DNA of 64,000 nucleotides from Trichosphaerium sp. ATCC 40318 (GCA_038496445.1 JALMLS010000556.1:1-64000); one strand, 5' to 3'; positions 13,430 to 26,826 are shown, counted from the stretch's first letter. Made by a program: numbers and translations. Notes: generated by a model from the letters alone, not told the origin.

Positions 13430-13760
13430 TTACATCATTTTATTGTATTGTGAAGTAGTGTTATCATCTTTTCCACCACAGCAGTATACGAAAATGATGA
13501 TAGCAACAATAATTACTACAAGTATAAAAGAACCAACTCCTGCAGCATTATAAACCCATTAAAGAATACCCTCTGAATCACTTTCTACAAGTCCAAGTTC
13601 AGATGGTTGTACAGTTAAGCCAACAGTCTATTACTGGATAAGATTCACATGACGGTATTGTCTGGTCTAGACATGAGTTGTTGTTTAGAGCAATATATGC
13701 GATAACACATTATTGGGTTGCTTTGACCATAAGATGCCAGGTGACATTGTCCCATATGTT
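13430..13760 (-). pseudogene. Decayed Cys-rich single-pass membrane protein gene
   Basis: Minus strand gives AAGVGSFILVVIIVAIIIFVYCCGGKDDNTTSQYNKMM* (TM + tail). The upstream Cys-containing segments lie in shifting frames with stops. Confidence 0.3.
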
Positions 13761-13958
13761 ATAAATGTTCAACGTATTTACTTGTAACCGTTGATGACAA
13801 CAGCATAGCATACTGAAAATGGTGGTAGAGTGCGAGCTCAAAGTCTACTAAAAACACAAACTGGATATGCTCCAAACTCACCAAATTGTTAGATTTTGAC
13901 AAGCAAAAACTGAGTCTCACAAACTTTTGATTCTTTAATTATTTTGTTTCAAGCCACG

Positions 13959-14372
13959 ATGAACATTGGCTCTATAATTCTACTCATTGGCGCATTCCAC
14001 GCATTCTCTGCATGCCTTCCTGGTATTTTTGACCCAGAGTACGCTGCAAACCTTCTTATGAAGCCAAAATATGCCAAGCAATGCGTAGAGGACCCTGTTT
14101 GTGCCTATCTAGCAGATTTCGTCTATAAATTGGTTCTGGGATACGCTATCGGCTACTTACTCGCTGGATTATACGACAACCAGCGTGCAGCTATCATTGC
14201 TGGCATTGTAGGGAAAACTCTCGCTTTCTTATGCTTAAAAACAGCTTATGATAACGGCATTGTTACAGAGACTGCATTTTACGTTGGTGTAACTGATCTT
14301 TTACTTGCCATTGCTTATGTGTACGCATTGTTTACTTTGCGCGATCCTGCCTCCAAGAAAAAACAGCGATGA
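13959..14372 (+). CDS. Intronless small multi-pass membrane protein (137 aa, ~4 TM), C-terminal KKXX
   Basis: Clean ORF from ATG 13959; hydrophobic segments; ends ...SKKKQR. Confidence 0.75.
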   Translation: MNIGSIILLIGAFHAFSACLPGIFDPEYAANLLMKPKYAKQCVEDPVCAYLADFVYKLVLGYAIGYLLAGLYDNQRAAIIAGIVGKTLAFLCLKTAYDNGIVTETAFYVGVTDLLLAIAYVYALFTLRDPASKKKQR

Positions 14373-14941
14373 GATCTTCAGGATACATCAAAAAGACAGC
14401 CTTAGTGTGAAGGTTCCTTTAAAAAAAGACACAAATAAATTCACTTTTTGGAGCTGCAAAAACATCACGTGATTTTGTAAATTTTAGTTAACACAGAAAC
14501 TTCTTTCGAGTTTACGAAATTGTGCATGTACGAACAAAAAAAAGGGTAACGTCACTGCTCATTGCAGGAGTTTGGCATAACTTGCACGTCACACAACATT
14601 ATCTGCTTTGCTAGAAACCTTAGGGACAAGTCACAAACATGTTTCAATTTTTTTTTTGTTACAACACTTCTTAAGTTTTAAACTGTGAGCTTATTTCATT
14701 CTTGGCACAATACGCGATAAACATAACCACCCAGGGAACTTGGAGTAACTATTGTGAACTCGATTGTGCAAGAAGTAATGTACATTAAAACTGTAAACCA
14801 TATGAACCTGCTTTGTATCTACACTAAAGGAATAAATAAAGTTGCTTATTAGTAGTTACACACTAAAAAGCATGCTGCTCATGATGTCATGATTTTGCGT
14901 TTATTAAGTATGTTTCAAGTGAACCAATCTAAATAACCCAA

Positions 14942-16732
14942 ATGACGTCAAGACCTCCAGCGAAAACAGGCTTGCGTACTTCTAGAAGAAGGAGTAGTGT
15001 AGCGACACGTGCGCAACTCAAAACAATAAAAGAAGAGCTAGAGCATGTAGACTGGGAGAAAAGACTTGTGGGGCTAAAGAAACTAACAGGTTCGCTGTTT
15101 TCATCAAGTTTAATTAATTTACGTTTTCTTAATGTCTTAGGTGTTAAATTACGCAAAATGGACCTCGCAGAGTTAGCTCCTGCTATCGCAAAGGTGAGTT
15201 AGTATAAAATTGTGTGTTACACTAATTTTTTGATAGTGTTGTTCGGATATACGAGGAAAGGTCGTTGTTTGTACGTACAAATGAGTTATCACGTGATTTT
15301 TTTTTGATTTTGGAAAATTTTGTTTTTTGAAAGGAGTTTCTTCACTCTGCATTAATAACTGTTTTTTTCCCTTTAGCCGCTACGAAACTTGTCAAGCAGT
15401 TGGTAGGTTGTTAGTATTAGTCGATAAGCTTAGAAACAAATACAGAAAAACTTTTTACGTATTCACCAAAATGCATAAAAAAACATACCAACTTTTTATG
15501 TCTGTGTAGGTTGAAGAACCTGAGTATAACTCGCTTTGTATTGAATTCTTTTTTCCTCCTTTATCAAAACAGCTCGGAAATGCAGGTAAGAAGTGTAAGG
15601 AGAAAGGAAGTAATGCTAATAAATGACTGTAGTGCGATTAGTAAGCGATTCGGCGCATGGCGCTTTACAGGAGATAGTAGCACGTTCGACAATCGAAGCA
15701 ATTTTACCAAACTTGAAAGTATCCATGCGAAGTGGGTCTCCTGCAGTTCGATCCAAAAATATCGAGTACCTAATGGCCGCTATGAAAAAATCATCTGACG
15801 AGGGTACTCACACATACCGCCTTTAATAGAGGACTAACATTGTTTATAGTGATTAAACAAAATAAAAAATCAATTGAATTTGGCACGTGTCACACCTTCA
15901 TTTAAGTTACTGTATTGACTCAATATTTACAGTGATTGCTGTTACTCTCTCTGACAAAAATGGCGCTGTTAGAGCGAGATCGAAAGCGGCCAGGACACGA
16001 TACACTGAAACAGTGCCAAACGCAGACATTAGGCACGTCCAAAATATCAAATAAAAGAAACGGTTTAGTCAACTAACTAGTGCTTAGGCCGCTTGTCAAG
16101 AAGTCAAACGGAAAGGCTCCACAAAAACAATTTAGACCTAGACGTGCATCCTTTCATGAGAGACCACCAAAACCAAAACTTGGCATTGGTAACCACAGGT
16201 GGATAAAAAAATAATCCAAAAAGACTTTCGTTAATGTTTCATTCCAGGCCACAGAGTATGATGTTTGATGTAACTCCAGTTTTGACTGAACAGTGCGTAG
16301 TATTAAGTAATATAAAGCTTTTTCTTACTTCAATGCTTTTAGGCCTAAACAAGATACCTTTAACCTTCAGGAGGTGCGTGAAGCCCAAAAATAAATTCCC
16401 AAAATCACATGACTGACTTTGATTTAATAATTGAAGGTATCAAAGGAAGATCTATCAAATCTATCAACAAAACAAGTATTTGATGATATAAAATCTGCTG
16501 CAAAAGGAAAATCAGGTATTGAACAAAGACTTGATGAACTTGAAAGGCGTTTTAATGCATTGCAAAAACAAAATAATTCATTGAAACAAGAGCACACACA
16601 ACTAGCCAAGGAGATGACATCTAGAACAGGTACAGCACCTACTATGTTACTTTATACCCTTTAAAGCTTTTTTACTTATACCTGGTTATAGAACTTCTCA
16701 CAAAATTGAGCTTTCAGGTGAAGTCTCTTTGA
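14942..16732 (+). CDS. CLASP N-terminal/TOG-like HEAT domain protein with C-terminal coiled coil
   Basis: Spliced DWEKRLVGLKKL...CCSDIRGKVV...SGSPAVRSK...LSDKNGAVRARSK (TOG-type HEAT pattern); coiled coil IEQRLDELERRFNALQKQNNSLKQE. Confidence 0.7.
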
Positions 16733-16972
16733 TAAACTTTATTTAATAAAAAATTCTGATAATTTTTCTTTGGTTTTTTTCTTTGTACATACTATATCCA
16801 GTGGTTATTTATATAAATCTGATTAAGAATTAACGCCATGAACTACACGTGAGTGTCCTTAAAGAAAAATATATTAACGCCTCTATTCGGCAAAAAAGAA
16901 GAAAACTGAGAGCTGCATTTCTTAGACCACAAGAGTGCTCACAGTTTTTGTTTAGTGGCGAGGCATTATAAT

Positions 16973-18864
16973 TTAAGGGGCGCCTAAACAAACGAAAAAC
17001 GTACTTGATACTTTATCAACTTCAATCACAAGTGTACCCTTATCATCACGTCTGGTCATTGGCTCAAAATCATGCCCAAGTCTTATCTCACTTGGCAAAT
17101 AGCTCCAACGAGATTGAAAGTTATTAGAACTTAGTTCATCAATACCATCAAACACACCAATAATTTCAGTTTCCTCAGCTTCTAAAGCGTCCATTGTTTT
17201 ATTAAACAAAGGACTTTTCTCATCAATAACATGGACAACTTGCCACGGTAGTGGCTTTGGAAAATAAAATATTAGAAAGGAAAAAGAAAGCACAAGAAAA
17301 ATGCGAAAAAAGAAAAAAAAGTTTCTATCACAAGCAACTTTTGCGATCACTGTCCATTGTTTAAAGCGCATTCATTAGGTATCGAAGTATAGGAAAGCGT
17401 ACTAATAGTGGTATAGCCATATCTGTCAACCGAACTCTGTGGTTTTGAATATTTAGTTCATATGCTAGCAACATTTAGCCAAATAGTTACAAGTTCTATC
17501 TTAACGTACGTAGTTCAATGAGTTCATATCGCTTTCCAAAGCCTCCTGAAGTTGCTAGGATAAAGTTTGTAAGTTGATGAAGCCATAACAAAGAACAATC
17601 ACGTGACATAATGTTCAATTGTGAGAAAACAAGCTATAAAGTTTATACAAGAAAAGACGCTTTCAAGTACCTTTACGCATGAGTAGGAGGTTAAAATCAG
17701 TTTCACAAATTTGTCTAGTTTACACATTAAGTATAACCAAACAAGCATCCTAATGTACCTCTTTCGCATATTTACAAATCTAAATGTCAAACATGATTGG
17801 CCTTCTGTTTTATAGTCACCATCGGCTTCCGACTCGACACCTTTCATCTTTTATAAAAGAGAAAAAAAAAAAGTGATAGTTTATCAAAGTAAACAAGTTT
17901 GACATTGACACTACGTACCTTCCCAGTATTTTTGATTGTTGTTTATACAAGCGATGTTACTCCATTTAATAGTATGACGTAAGCGACTAAAAGACATATA
18001 AGCAACAGTTAAAACAAAAAAACAAAAAAGTTGATCAACTTTTAAGTTTTTCAATAAACAACACTCTACAAAAAGCACCAATGGGTTTCCAGATAGCATA
18101 AATATGAGGAATTTTATGATGGTTATACCATCAAAGACAGTTATCGAGCTAAACGTACTTGGCACGAGACATTTTTTCAAAAACAAGAGCGACAAGCATG
18201 CCAAACGATAATAGACCTACGTATGCCTCTATAGTAGCTACAATGTTCACAAATAGGCTCTTTGGATATAATCCTCCGTATCCTGATACAATTTAGGTTT
18301 AAAGAAGGCCTACACGATATTCTTTTTTGACATTTTCGGGTTCAAACATCGACATGCGAAATATGGGCTTACCGATTGTACTTATTGTTTGAAAAGAGAA
18401 GAAAAAAGCTTCTCCAAACGTTGTGCTTCCGAAATTTTGCTTTTCTTGGCTGTAGAGCGTGATGAGTTGAAAATGTAAAATTGGTTTTTCTACGCACGCA
18501 ATGCCTATACCCTCTTTATCAATGGAGTAAACCGCAGCGAACAGTAACGCTATTGTGAAATAGCTATCAAAAAATAAGATATGTAATTGAATAAGCTCAA
18601 TACATACAGCATAGTGACAACACCAATCAAATATGGCCACCATAGGTCTAAAAGAGTATACCATGCTGTTGCACTTTATCACCGTTAGATACTACGTTTA
18701 TAAACGCTATCGTACTTCAAGAGCTCGAATGTTCGTATTCCTGTGTGTTTATAATGCAATTGACCTGAACGCGTAACCAAGCGCTTGTGAGGCCGTCTCG
18801 TAAGAGCTAATTCATCCATATCGCTTACGCTGCCAATGGTATTCAATACTGTGTGGTTTTGCAT
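16973..18864 (-). CDS. Inward-rectifier potassium channel (Kir family)
   Basis: RLVTRSG; AFFFSFQTISTIGYG filter (split by an intron); FSR; CLTFRFVNMRK; VHVIDEKSPL; GIDE...FQSRWSYLPSEIRLGHDFEPM. Confidence 0.9.
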
Positions 18865-19053
18865 TGAAAAAAAAGGAAAGTCTACAAAACCCTCCAAACA
18901 GACGGTAATATCACAGCTGAGGTAACCGAGGAACCAATTTGTTATTCACGTGACGGCGCGTTCATGTCGGTCAACAACAGTTTGTCTGTTTTTTTGTAGA
19001 TTACAGTAGAGGTTGTTCGAGTTTACGCGCTTTTCATACCGCGTAGTGAAAGA

Positions 19054-21723
19054 ATGGGTGCTACAAAAAAATGTTGTAAGATTATATGGAATCCTCCACC
19101 CAAGGTAATGTCATACTGGCGTTTATTGACGCGTACGTATTAGATTTAAGCTGATTAATCATACAGGAAAATATTTCGCTATGTTATGCAGTTTTTGCGC
19201 TTATTATGCTATCCATGGTTAGTGTTCTGGACAATGCGGGTACTTACAGTCACTTGACATGTAATTTTTTTGCTAAGTCGTAGTAAAGACCGTTGGGCAC
19301 TTCCCACGCTTCAAGGAGCTGGTTTACAGTGTAGCTCATGCGCAACGAACGATTCGTTCTACGAGCGATGTATTTCAATGTGCTTGAACATCTCCGACGT
19401 AGAAATGGGGTATTTAACAGGACCAGCACCTGGTGTAGCTGCAATACTGGTAAATAAGCGATTTTATTTCTCCGTTTTTGAAAAAAAGACCAAATTCTGC
19501 CTTTAAGAGCCTCTCATAATGTCTCCTTAAGATAACACTACCAATTGGATGGCTTGCTGACCACGCATCGAGGGTCAGAATATTGTTTTGTGGCATTGTG
19601 GTATGGTCAAGTACGTTTTCTTTTTTTTGGTTTTACATTACTTTTTTTTGGAACTTTTTATTTGAATATTGCCGACACGTGTCAGTGTCGCTAAATGTTA
19701 TTATGTCGTTTCTTACATTATAAAGCCGCAACGCTTGCATCAGGATTTGTATATGAATTTTGGCAGTTGGCACTATGTCGTATTCTGCTCGGGTTTGGAA
19801 CAGGTATGCGTTGTTTTGTTTGAAATAGCTTTATCAGTTTCCTTCCTTTGCTTACAATAGTAAGCTACTGTAAATCCAACTGCTTATTCTCTGGTATCTG
19901 ATTTCTTTCCACCTAATAGAAGATCTCTTGTTCTTGCTGTGATTGGTGCAACAGTTTTCTTGGGTACCCAGTCACGTTTTTTTTTATATGTTCATTCTCA
20001 ATCACTAACACTAAACAGGCGAGGATATTGGGTTAGCTACAGGTATTATTAGCCAGTACTTGGACTGGAGAGTATGTTTTTGGGGGTTAGGTGGAGCTGG
20101 TTTAATTGTTGCAATACTTTTTCTAGCAACTCTGCGTGATCCAGTAAGGTACAAAACGTAAAAAATCGAAGTAAAATAATAAAACTTTGCTCCAGAGGTC
20201 AGAAGGAAATTGAACAGCTTGCTGAGACTGAAATATCTTTGACGCAATCAAACTCAAACAGTTCTCTTACAAAGAGTTATTCTACTATATCTATCCATTC
20301 GCAACCTGATAAAAGAGATGATGTCACCTTGCTAACAGAAGAAGAGGTACCAGCAATAATAAGTTCAACTTTTCTTAGTCTATTCTCGAAATCATTTGAA
20401 CAATCACGTGTTTTAAGTTGATTACTAATTTAACAAAAGAATGGTATTTATTATCAACAAGACTAATTCATTGTAGATTGTTGACTTGGATGTTGAGAGG
20501 ATACTCAGAACTTCAGACGACAATCCGAATGTTAACCAAAATAAATCCCCAAAAGCAAAAAAAACCGTTAATCCTGCTGTTCTCAAACCTTGCCCAAAAG
20601 GATTTTTCAGACGCCTATGGTTTCTCATGACTCTACCACCATTCGTATTGCACGTATAAGATCAAAAATTTCTAAATACGCCAAACTAAGTGAAAAAAAA
20701 AAAATTATTAATTCCTTTTGTAGTTTGTGGATAAATACAGTTTTTCGATACATGGCTGGATACGCTCTTGGAGGATGGATGCAAGTCTATTATAGGCGTG
20801 TATTCGGTTTAACTCCTACACAAATATCAATAGCTCTTGCAATTTTAATACCTGCAGGTGAGGGATAAAACCTCGCAGTATTTTCCTCGTATCATTTGTT
20901 AAAACAATTGCTTAGGCGGTTTGACGTCTGCTTTTGGCGGTGGTTGGCTAGCTGACTTCTGGTTCAAGGTAAACATACAGTAAAGTCAAACTTATTTAAT
21001 TTTATATTTGTAGTACGATTATGCCGGAAAGGCATGGTTAAGTGGGATTTCAATGGTAGCTGGAACAGCGTTTATCATCCCTACTTTTTTGGTAATGAAA
21101 CAAAAGTCTTTAAACTGTCTCTTGACTCATGATACAATAGGTTGGTAACTACTATGTATCGTTTGTTTTGTTATTTTTAGAGTATATAACAGCCGAAGCT
21201 TATCTTGGTCCTACCATAGCAATAGCACATGTAAGTAGTAAAGACACTTGCAACAAAAAAGTACTAAAGTCTGCTTAGGATCTTGTTCATCCTGATATGA
21301 GGTCTTTCACAACTACATTATACTATATCGCTGGATCCCTTGGGTCTTTTGGTACCTTGATAGTACGTTTAAAATATATACTGCTTGCTACAGTACCTGA
21401 ACAACAGGACACCGTTTTTCTCTTCTTTGTACTCTTTCTCATTTGTACCATGTTGTAGGTTGGTGCTCTTATGGAGTTCTTTGGTAAGAAGGCACCTTAT
21501 GGAGATGATGACGAAGCGTACGATCCATCATTATCTCTGTACGTCAACAAATCCAAACGTTACGGCAACATCACGTGTAAACGTTTATATCTGACCACTG
21601 ATGTTTTATTCTAGTGTAATTGTTGTTGGTGGTTTGTATGCAGTTTCCACTATTGGATTCTTTATTACTGGTATCCTATTAAGAATGCATATCAAAAAAG
21701 AAAAGAAGCTTTTGAGAAATTAA
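19054..21723 (+). CDS. MFS transporter, Spinster-like
   Basis: Motif A PIGWLADHASRVRIL, CRILLGFG, AYSLVSDFFPPNRRS, second-half GGWLAD; many TM exons; stop 21721-21723. Confidence 0.85.
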
Positions 21724-21876
21724 AGGACAAATTCATCGTATCTTTATAAAGTACGTATTGATTTGTTGTTGCAACAATTTAAAAACGTACGAGTAAATTC
21801 CGCATGTACAAAGCCTAGTTCATAAAAACAAAGTGTAAAGTCTGTTATGGATAATGGTGGTTCTGAATAATGAGTG

Positions 21877-21908
21877 ATTATCCGGATAACCACTGTTATC
21901 CGGATAAT
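21877..21908. repeat. Perfect 14-bp inverted repeat with self-palindromic arms (TTATCCGGATAA x2)
   Basis: attatccggataac-cact-gttatccggataat, between two convergent genes. Confidence 0.8.
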
Positions 21909-21955
21909 TAATCAAGACACACAATCAGAGAATCAAATAGATAATAATTTTCAGT

Positions 21956-22875
21956 TTATTCAGGTACATAGCGCCATGCTTTATTAAACACTACAGAGCG
22001 CACTTTGATTTTTTTGTTTTTCAAATATTTGACTTTGACTGTTTTGTTGGAGGAAAACTCACGTGAAAAGCCTGTAACCTCTACTAGGTAGTGCTGTTCT
22101 TTACCTCGTTCTTTAATAGCAACTTTCCACTCAGAACCTATACATAGTTCTTTGTGGAGTTTACAAGCTTCATCTTTTGGCTCACTAGATAGTTGGAGCA
22201 TTCTGTTTCTACGTAAGGTTTTTGCCAGTCCTAGAGCTGTCAGAGTGAGCTACATATTATACACATACTAGGCTTTTTGTTTATAGGAGAAATAGGGCGT
22301 GTAATAGCATCTACATCATCAGTAGTAACATCAATAACATCATGAGAATCTGTAGTTGGGCTTTCGAATGGTTGAACACTTATTTCTCTGTCATCCACAT
22401 CCCACTCTGTTCTAGGCCTCTATACAAAGCATTAAACGTGAAATATTGACATTTTTTATACCAACTGCATTGGCTCGAAAGGGTGGCCAGTAGGTGCTTC
22501 TTGAACAGTGCTGCACTTGAATCTTTCTTCTTTTCCATTTTCTCCGGCAATTTCAATAACGTACATCTGTCCTTCACGTTTTTTTACTTTACCTACCCTA
22601 TCATAATATAACTCATGAGGTTGCCGCTTTGCTGAGGGGTCATTCTGAGGTAGGAATACTACAGTTTCAGGGGGAAGGTTTGGATTACTTCCGAATTTGG
22701 CAATCATTTTATCAGCTTGTTTTCGTTGTCTTGTATTTATCTATGTCATAAATTACATGTTACCAAGGTCCTGTTACGTACTATTTCTTCAACATCATTT
22801 TGAAACGCTTGTTGGGATTCACTATCACGAACAGCTGTCTCAGGAGTTGCTTCTTCATCACTTGTGCGAGATTTT
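21956..22875 (-). pseudogene. 5'-truncated multi-exon ORF, possibly the C-terminal region of a Ginger/KRBA2-like integrase
   Basis: Spliced ...FQNDVEEIINTRQRKQADKMIAKFGSNPNLPPETVVFLPQND...RVGKVKKREGQMYVIE... No start or acceptor found upstream. Family assignment is by recalled pattern only. Confidence 0.35.
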
Positions 22876-23048
22876 TAGAAAAACCATAAGTATACAGCAC
22901 AAGGTGCGTGTCAATAAAATAGTGTTAAAAAAGGCAAACATAGTGCTCTCAACTGAGCAGGCGCAATAAATGCTGTATCTAAGCATGAAACGAAAACTCC
23001 GCCTAAACTTCCGCCAAACTCATCTGCCTAACCCGAGTACATAAAGTA

Positions 23049-26000
23049 ATGACGGATACGCAACTTTTGCCCTCAACAGGTGAAAAACAGTGCTAGCACG
23101 TGTTTTGTTAACAATGTTAGAACGAAACAAAAAACTCGACGAAATTGATGTTGTTGATAACAACGGCGACACAGCTTTACTCCGGGCAGGTAATTTCGTC
23201 TCCGAGCTTTAATAAAATATGAGTTCATCACCATTTAGTCCGGGACGGAGATAATGAAACTGTATCAAAACTGATCGAAGCCAAAGCGAATATTGAGGCC
23301 CTTGATAAATACAAGCTCACACCTTTACTTCGGGCAGGTAATGTCACAACATACTCAATAAAAGTAGTAACTTACAACACCTTTTAGTACAAAAAGGACA
23401 CAATAAAATTGTATTAAAGCTACTCGAAGCCAATGCAAATATGGAGGCTGTTGACAAGTATGGTTGTACACCTTTACTTCAAGCAGGTAATGTCACATAC
23501 TAGAATCAACAAATGACCTTCCACATAGTCTATTATAAGCACATTCAAATCGTATCAACGCTAGTCAATGCGAAAGCTAATATTGAGGCTGTTGATAACC
23601 AAGGAAATACAGCTTTAATTAAGGCCGGTAAGAGAGCAGAATATAGCATAGGAGATAACTTGTGACTTACATACATTTTAGCGGACCTTGGAGACATCAA
23701 AGTAGTGTTAACATTGATTGGAGCAAAAGCAAACATTGAGGCTACCAATAACTCCGGACATACACCTTTATTTGCTGCAGGTGCTGTTTTATAAGCCAAG
23801 GCTTAAATACGTTACTTAAATTACTATTTAGCAATGGCAGAAAACTACAAAACTGTATCGGTATTAATCAATGCCAAGGCAAATGTTGATGCTGTTTGCT
23901 CTGGAAATACAATGTTGCATAAAGCAGGTGCCATTAGATGAATAAAATAAGTGTAACACTTATATTACCTTAGTTTGGAACGGCGATAACAAACTTGTAT
24001 CAATGCTTATCAACGCAAAAGCGAACATAGAGGCTGTTGATAAATTCGGTTTCACGCCCTTACTTCGAGCAGGTATTGTCATGTGTTGTACAGCAAATGT
24101 ATCTCACACCTCCAGCACAACTCGGAAAGATTGAAGCTTTGTCAATGCTCATCAAAGCAAACGCAAATGTTAATCCTGTTGATGAATTTGGAGACACAGC
24201 TCTACAAAGCGCAGGTAGGTATCACAAAGGTAATGCAAAACTCATCTTTAATGTAGCATACAAACGCCAATATGAAAGTGTATCAATTCTGATCAAAGCA
24301 AAGGCTAACGTTGAAGCTATTGATGAAGTTGAAGAAGATAGAAACAACAGCGATTCAGGTACTGTTTCAATCTGCTCTAAGAAAAAGTTTAATGGTTTTT
24401 TTTTAGTTATAAACCCAGACAATAAACAGTGGCAAAACTTTCTTCGCACGTTGTTTGAAGAAGTGGTATCAAACAATCTTGCTTCTGTTGATTCATTTGA
24501 AACTTTTCTAAAACACTGTCCCAGTGGTGAACAATGCCGTAAGCTATGGGACTCTTGTTCTGAGTACTCCGTCAGTAATCATGAGTGGAGAGAACAGCTT
24601 CAGAAATGGTTTCCTTCTTTAGTACGCTTTTGTTACAAAACACCTATGTGCTAATCATACAACCTACAGCCAACACATTCTCACTTTAACCTGGCTATGG
24701 AAAAAGGTATTTGTTACTTGATTTGTTTTGTATGCCATCCAACGGAAGCTTTATCTCCAGTACGATATATCCATAAATTGTTCATTTTAGGAAAATTAAC
24801 ACAAGCTCTTCCCAGGACTACTGGAAACGAGATGGACTCCTAATGCGAGGTATCTTGAATGATATGCCTGATACCGTATGGCATTATCAACATAAAAAGT
24901 CCATACAGAGACGATACACTACTGGAGGTAAGAAATGACTCTGCTACTCTTTTTGCTGACATACTGTAAGGAGTAAAAAGTAAGAAATCGTGGGATCTAA
25001 ATCCACGACTGAATTACGCACACAATTGGGATAGATCTAAAGCCACGTGCGTTGTGTTATATTTTTGGTGTCTTTTCTTATGTTTATTTATAAGTGGTGC
25101 GATTGTAAAAGCTACACACTACAGAACATTGAATCTTCTTGATACAAATGACAAAGTGGCTGTACGAGAATTACAGATACTCAAACAAGACATGACACAA
25201 CTGCATGGTCACAATGATTTTGATATTATTGAAGCAACTCTTGTATGCAATGATATCTTGACAGAAAACTTTGGTAGAGCGAACAACGTACTGAAACACA
25301 GACATCAGTACGTGTTATTGCACTTTATTTACACACTTTTAAAGTCTAATATGAACTTATTAAGAGACCTTCCCTACTTGTTTAAAAAGCAGGATTGGAA
25401 AAATGATATTCACAAGGACTACAAACAGAGTGTCTACAAAAAATACAATGCAATAATATCGCAAAACACTGACAAGTCATTAGAAGAGGTAAAACGAGTA
25501 TTATTCTAATTGTATTTGTGTATTTTGCTGTTCTAACCATGTTTGTTAAGGTGCCAGTGATATTGATGGTACATGGAACAAGTGAAAAAGCAGCGTACAG
25601 TATTGTAAAGGGTGGTTTTGGAACTGTGAGTGCTTTGGATGCTGGATACTACGGTCAAGGCATATATTTCACAGTACGCTAAAAATAGCTGATTACCATG
25701 TGCTCATATTCACTTTTTTTACCCAAAAGAGGAGTATACAATATGCTTGTTCATACGACACTTCAGGAAAGGATGAAAAAACACTTATCTTGACCCTTGT
25801 AACTCCTGGGAATGTATATCCTGTAAGTAAACTATAGCGTTGGCTGCACAATAACCATTGCCATAGGTCAAACAACAAGAAAACTTAAGAGGACAGCCAA
25901 TAAAACCAGGCTACCAAAGCCATTACGTATTGGTAGATCGTTTAGGTAAACCTCTCAGAGACAAGAAAGTTGCCAATGCAGTCTATGATGAGCTTGTTGT

Positions 26001-26576
26001 TTCGCAAGGTACTAGCATATAAAATGTCATTACATTAACTGCTTATGATTAGATACTCAAGCTATCGCACGTTATATAATTAAAGTAAAACGGAAAGAGA
26101 TCAATAGTCAAAAGAAGAAAAAAATTGAACGAAAAGATAAGAAGAAGAAAGGTAACCAAAAAGAAGATAAAGTCACAGAAATAGATTCAGATGATGAACT
26201 CTCCGACACAGACGATGACAATTTTATTTCAAATAGGTATTAAATACTGTAATGGCCTACCTTTAACTTTAATGCGTCACTGTCTAGAAAACTATGGGGT
26301 TCTAATATGGACGCAACTGACGAACAACAATCACCTAAAAATGTTAAGGTCGAGAAAGAAGTAGAATCACAGGAAGCAATCCATGACATTGAGAAAGTAA
26401 ATAAGGTCAATGTAAGCTTAGATGAGAATTTAGCTAAACCTAAAACAAAGCAAGAAAAACATATTGCCGCCTTAACAGCAGAAATTGCAAAATTGACAGA
26501 GAGTGTAGCCAATATGCAGGAGCGCAATGCGTCTCTATTAGCCAGACTAGCTCAATATGAAAGTCCAACACAGTAA
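23049..26576 (+). CDS. Ankyrin-repeat / PARP-like ADP-ribosyltransferase / coiled-coil protein, paralog A (~8 ANK)
   Basis: ANK exons 23239-23337, 23388-23486, 23529-23627, 23682-23780, 23832-23927, 23974-24072, 24116-24214 plus flanking half-units. ART motifs VHGTS (His codon 25572), GYYGQGIYFT, QYA, GYQSHY, DELVV (Glu codon 25990), QAIARYII. Confidence 0.85.
25217..25825 (+). repeat. Near-identical inverted tract shared with 27556-28164 (gene-conversion-like)
   Basis: About 609 bp with only a handful of substitutions by eye, spanning three introns; flanks clearly diverged. Confidence 0.9.
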
Positions 26577-26826
26577 CCACTATGATAGTAGTGCTCAAAC
26601 AAACTAGAAAAATAAAACAAATTGCGTTTTAAATGTGTTAATGGGACTTGACCTAAATCACGTGATGGCTAGGTTTTCTTATTTATACGTAGGGTATTAA
26701 TACGATCAAAGTTTTCGCTTAATGTTCGATGTGGTAGCAAGTATTAATACGCTTTGGGAATGGCAGTAAAAAAGAAGAGTGTAAAAAAGATAATCTATTT
26801 ACTACAACAGAGCTCACAAAGCTACT

